Below, piece by piece: positions 61,207 through 64,000 of a stretch of DNA of 64,000 bases. The notes beneath the pieces are model-generated. The model searched no databases. It was given only the letters and a program-made list of their open reading frames with translations, and was not told where the DNA came from. The stretch is from positions 1,716,616-1,780,615 of the forward strand of contig MU004186.1 in NCBI GenBank assembly GCA_010093605.1, in the 5' to 3' direction. Position 1 is the first letter of the stretch, and every line of letters begins with the position of its first letter. The stretch is from Lophium mytilinum. Taxonomy: Eukaryota. Made by a program: the position numbers and the translations under genes.

Positions 61207-63729
61207 CTACTGCGCTCCGATCTCTTCTTCGGCCCAGCCGGGGAGGCCGCCGTCGCCCTGGATCGCGAGACCGTAGCCGCCGTTGCCGCTGCCGAAACCA
61301 CCGATGCCGGAACTCAGGCTGCCAAAAGCGTTTTGTTGCTGTTGTTGCTGCTGGGCGCCTTGAGATTGCTGCAGGGGCTGGGCGAATGGTCCTTGAGAAA
61401 ACACAGGCAAACTCACCGCACGCGCGTGTTGAGCCCGGGCGTTGAGGTTTGATGGTGCTAGGAGACCGCCAACGGTGGTGGAGCCATTGCCGTTCGACGA
61501 AGCACCATTCACGAGGCTGAAACTGGAGGTGCTGTTGTGGGCTGTGTGGGATGGATGTTGTGGTGGCCCAGAGTTCATGTCAGCTCCGTAGAACGCAGCC
61601 TGCTGAGAGGCGAACGCCTGTTGCTGTTGCTGCTGTTGTTGTTGGAGGTTGACTTGTTCTTGCTGTACCTGCTGTTGCTGGTTCTGTTGCGCTTGTTGGA
61701 GATACATCATCAAGGGGTTGTTACCGCCGGTGTTCAGGATGTTCGCGGGCGCGGAACCTTGCATTCCCTGGTATTGGCCGTTCGAGCTCGCACCAGCCGA
61801 TCCTGGGGCTCCAGAGCCAGTCGGTGAGACCGAAGGTCCAGTTTGGCTTCGGGTAGGCTGGAGTCCGTTGATTGGAGATGGTGATTGCATACCATCGTGG
61901 CTTCCAGCCTGCTGGTTCTGTTGGTTCTGGTTGGCATTGATCTGTCGCGGCGGGTTTCCGCATCGATCTTTGCCGAAGTTGACCTTGAACCTCTTGTACT
62001 CCTCGCGTCCACGGACAGCCTCGATCGCCTTGATCGCGTTGGCGATGTTGGTGAAGTTGACGAATGCACAGCTCTTCTCGCGCAGGGCGTTCACAAGCTC
62101 GATTTCGCCGTACTCGGAGAAGTCCTGCCTTAAGCGCTCCTCACTCCAGGATTCGTCCAGATTGCCGATGTACACGTTCCGGGAAGCGCCACCACTGACG
62201 GCCAGAGCGATTGCAGGAGGCAGAGCACCGGAGTGTTTGCCCCATCCAATCTTCAGACGACGGTTGTGGATCATCAAGCCTTGAAGGTTGCTTAGAGCGT
62301 AGAATGAAGCTGCTGATGTCGGGTCGATGAATGTGACGAAGCAGATATGCTTATCCGGAATGTAGCGAATATGGTGCAAAAGACCCCCACGGACTACGTT
62401 GCAGATTTCCTCAATAGTCGTCTCGGGATGGATGTTTCCAAGATACACGGTCCGGTTGCCCAGGTTGTTCACTCCACCAGCAGAGGTTGCAACGGCAGCC
62501 GCCGCTACAGACTGTTGTGCAAGCGCGTTCGAGATCAGGTCCCGGTCGGCACCGTTCAACACGTGCGCGTATCCTGGGGCAATTCCAAGGTACTGCGCAG
62601 CGTTCTGCTGCTGTGTCTTCGAAACATACGCGCATCTATCCTTGCCGTAGTAAACACGTCGCGGGGCTTGCCACTTCGGCTCTTGTGGTAGTTGCGCAAC
62701 AGCCTTGATAGCATTGCCGATGGACAGGAAATGGACAAATCCGATGGCCTTCTCCCGTACAATCTTGACGGTATCGATAGGGCCAAATTTACCCAGGTCC
62801 TCACGGAGCTCGTCCTCGCTTACGTCCTCCGGCAGATTTCCAAGGTAGACGTTGCGCGACGCACCAGACTGCTGCACGGCTAGGGCAACAGAGGTGGGCA
62901 CCTGGGAGGGCTTACCCCAACCAATCTTGATATCCTGAGCTCTGATGGACAACTTTTTCAAGATTGCATCAGAGTGGAAGTGCGTTGCAGAGCTACTGTC
63001 CAAGAAGGATATGAATGCGCAGTTCTTGTCCGGGAGCAGCCTCACAGACTCAATCTGCCCACTTCGAACATGACCAAGTATTTCCTCCGCAGATGTCTCG
63101 GGAGGAATGTTGCCAAGATAAACAGTGCGACTGGTTCCAGAAACTAATCCAGGGGCCATGTGCATCTGTCCTCCGAATCCCATCTGTTGACCACCCATGC
63201 CAAACCCAGTTGTTGGTGATTGTGGTCCTCCATAGAACTGCGGCGCGTTCATTCCAGTCGGCGATACCAGGTTCTGGTAGAGCTGGGGTGAAAGAGGTTG
63301 ATGCATCTGCATAGGACTACCCATCTGGTTCTGCTGGTTCTGTTGTTGCTGCGAGTTCTGGTTCTGACCGGTAAAATTCGAAAAGCCTTGGAACTGCGGT
63401 GAAGCGAAGGCAGACGGAGAACCAGGCTGGAACGGGCTACCCAGGAGAAGCTGCGAAGGAAGTAGTGGAGTGAAGTTCATGTCAAACGCGGTGCCAGGTG
63501 TTTGCATGTCGTTTCCGTTTTGGTTGTTTTGCCCTAATCGTCCTGTGTTGATGCTGGGGATGTTGGATCGCTCAGGGTGTCGGTCCGAGTAGCCTCCCAG
63601 GGATGGCTGGTTTGTGTGGAATGCACCGTGGGAGAAGCCCGTATGGCTGCCGTTCACGGAGTGCTTGGAGAAGCTGGTCTGTAGGCGGGGGCCGCTGGGC
63701 CCGGTCGGGGTCGAGTCTTGATGCTGCAT
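61207..63729 (-). CDS. MRN1: four-RRM RNA-binding protein, S. pombe Nrd1/Msa2 and S. cerevisiae Mrn1 family
   Basis: Four RRMs (RTVYLGN, RNVYLGN, RTVYLGN, RNVYIGN) with KIGWGK and YGKDRC/FGKDRC ends; Q/N-rich flanks. Confidence 0.92.
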   Translation of the reverse strand: MQHQDSTPTGPSGPRLQTSFSKHSVNGSHTGFSHGAFHTNQPSLGGYSDRHPERSNIPSINTGRLGQNNQNGNDMQTPGTAFDMNFTPLLPSQLLLGSPFQPGSPSAFASPQFQGFSNFTGQNQNSQQQQNQQNQMGSPMQMHQPLSPQLYQNLVSPTGMNAPQFYGGPQSPTTGFGMGGQQMGFGGQMHMAPGLVSGTSRTVYLGNIPPETSAEEILGHVRSGQIESVRLLPDKNCAFISFLDSSSATHFHSDAILKKLSIRAQDIKIGWGKPSQVPTSVALAVQQSGASRNVYLGNLPEDVSEDELREDLGKFGPIDTVKIVREKAIGFVHFLSIGNAIKAVAQLPQEPKWQAPRRVYYGKDRCAYVSKTQQQNAAQYLGIAPGYAHVLNGADRDLISNALAQQSVAAAAVATSAGGVNNLGNRTVYLGNIHPETTIEEICNVVRGGLLHHIRYIPDKHICFVTFIDPTSAASFYALSNLQGLMIHNRRLKIGWGKHSGALPPAIALAVSGGASRNVYIGNLDESWSEERLRQDFSEYGEIELVNALREKSCAFVNFTNIANAIKAIEAVRGREEYKRFKVNFGKDRCGNPPRQINANQNQQNQQAGSHDGMQSPSPINGLQPTRSQTGPSVSPTGSGAPGSAGASSNGQYQGMQGSAPANILNTGGNNPLMMYLQQAQQNQQQQVQQEQVNLQQQQQQQQQAFASQQAAFYGADMNSGPPQHPSHTAHNSTSSFSLVNGASSNGNGSTTVGGLLAPSNLNARAQHARAVSLPVFSQGPFAQPLQQSQGAQQQQQQQNAFGSLSSGIGGFGSGNGGYGLAIQGDGGLPGWAEEEIGAQ

Positions 63730-64000
63730 GCCGAGCAGATGAGGGGGCAGGACAAAGCTGTCCCGCGCACTTTGAGAAAGGACAGCCGTGGTGATGGATT
63801 ATCGGGTCCGGTCCTATACGTACCGGACACTGCAGACTGTAGAGGGATGGTTGAATGTAGATGCAGCAGAAACGAAGATGATGGCGTCGAAATTAAAACA
63901 GTAGGGCAACCTGAAGGCTTGCTTAGTAGCTGCATCCACGTGGGGGCTGCGGTGTAGGGGAAGACGTACAGTCAAAGCCAATTCGTTCCAAAACCTAAAT

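Noticed and set aside
60868..61452. 194-aa ORF on the + strand
   Set aside because: Antisense to the pyrimidine-rich 3' UTR and C-terminus of the Nrd1/MRN1 gene, with a non-ATG start.

Overview
Gene-dense, intron-containing genomic DNA of a filamentous ascomycete (Pezizomycotina; short GT-AG introns with CTAAC/CTGAC branch points). Conserved genes occupy about 0.4-39.4 kb and 56-64 kb: an HSL-family hydrolase, a RING/RS-rich protein, a CLC transporter, D-amino-acid oxidase, a C2H2 protein, tRNA-Lys(CTT), DRS2, an ABM protein, a Thr-rich secreted protein, CCT8, GEP3, mitochondrial AAT, YPD1, an AKAP7-like 2H enzyme, BIT61/HbrB, GON7 and Nrd1/MRN1. An accessory, decaying island lies at about 39.5-55.5 kb. 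It holds a degenerate ubiquitin-specific protease, an ~11-unit 162-bp tandem array, an orphan ORF, an internally deleted CYP505 pseudogene, and SDR, F-box and BTB-MYND genes; its first 10 kb is bracketed by an inverted pair of 109-bp-period repeats. Three copies of a TA-flanked Tc1/mariner-type MITE are also present. All calls are by eye, without database searches; coordinates of spliced genes span start to stop including introns.
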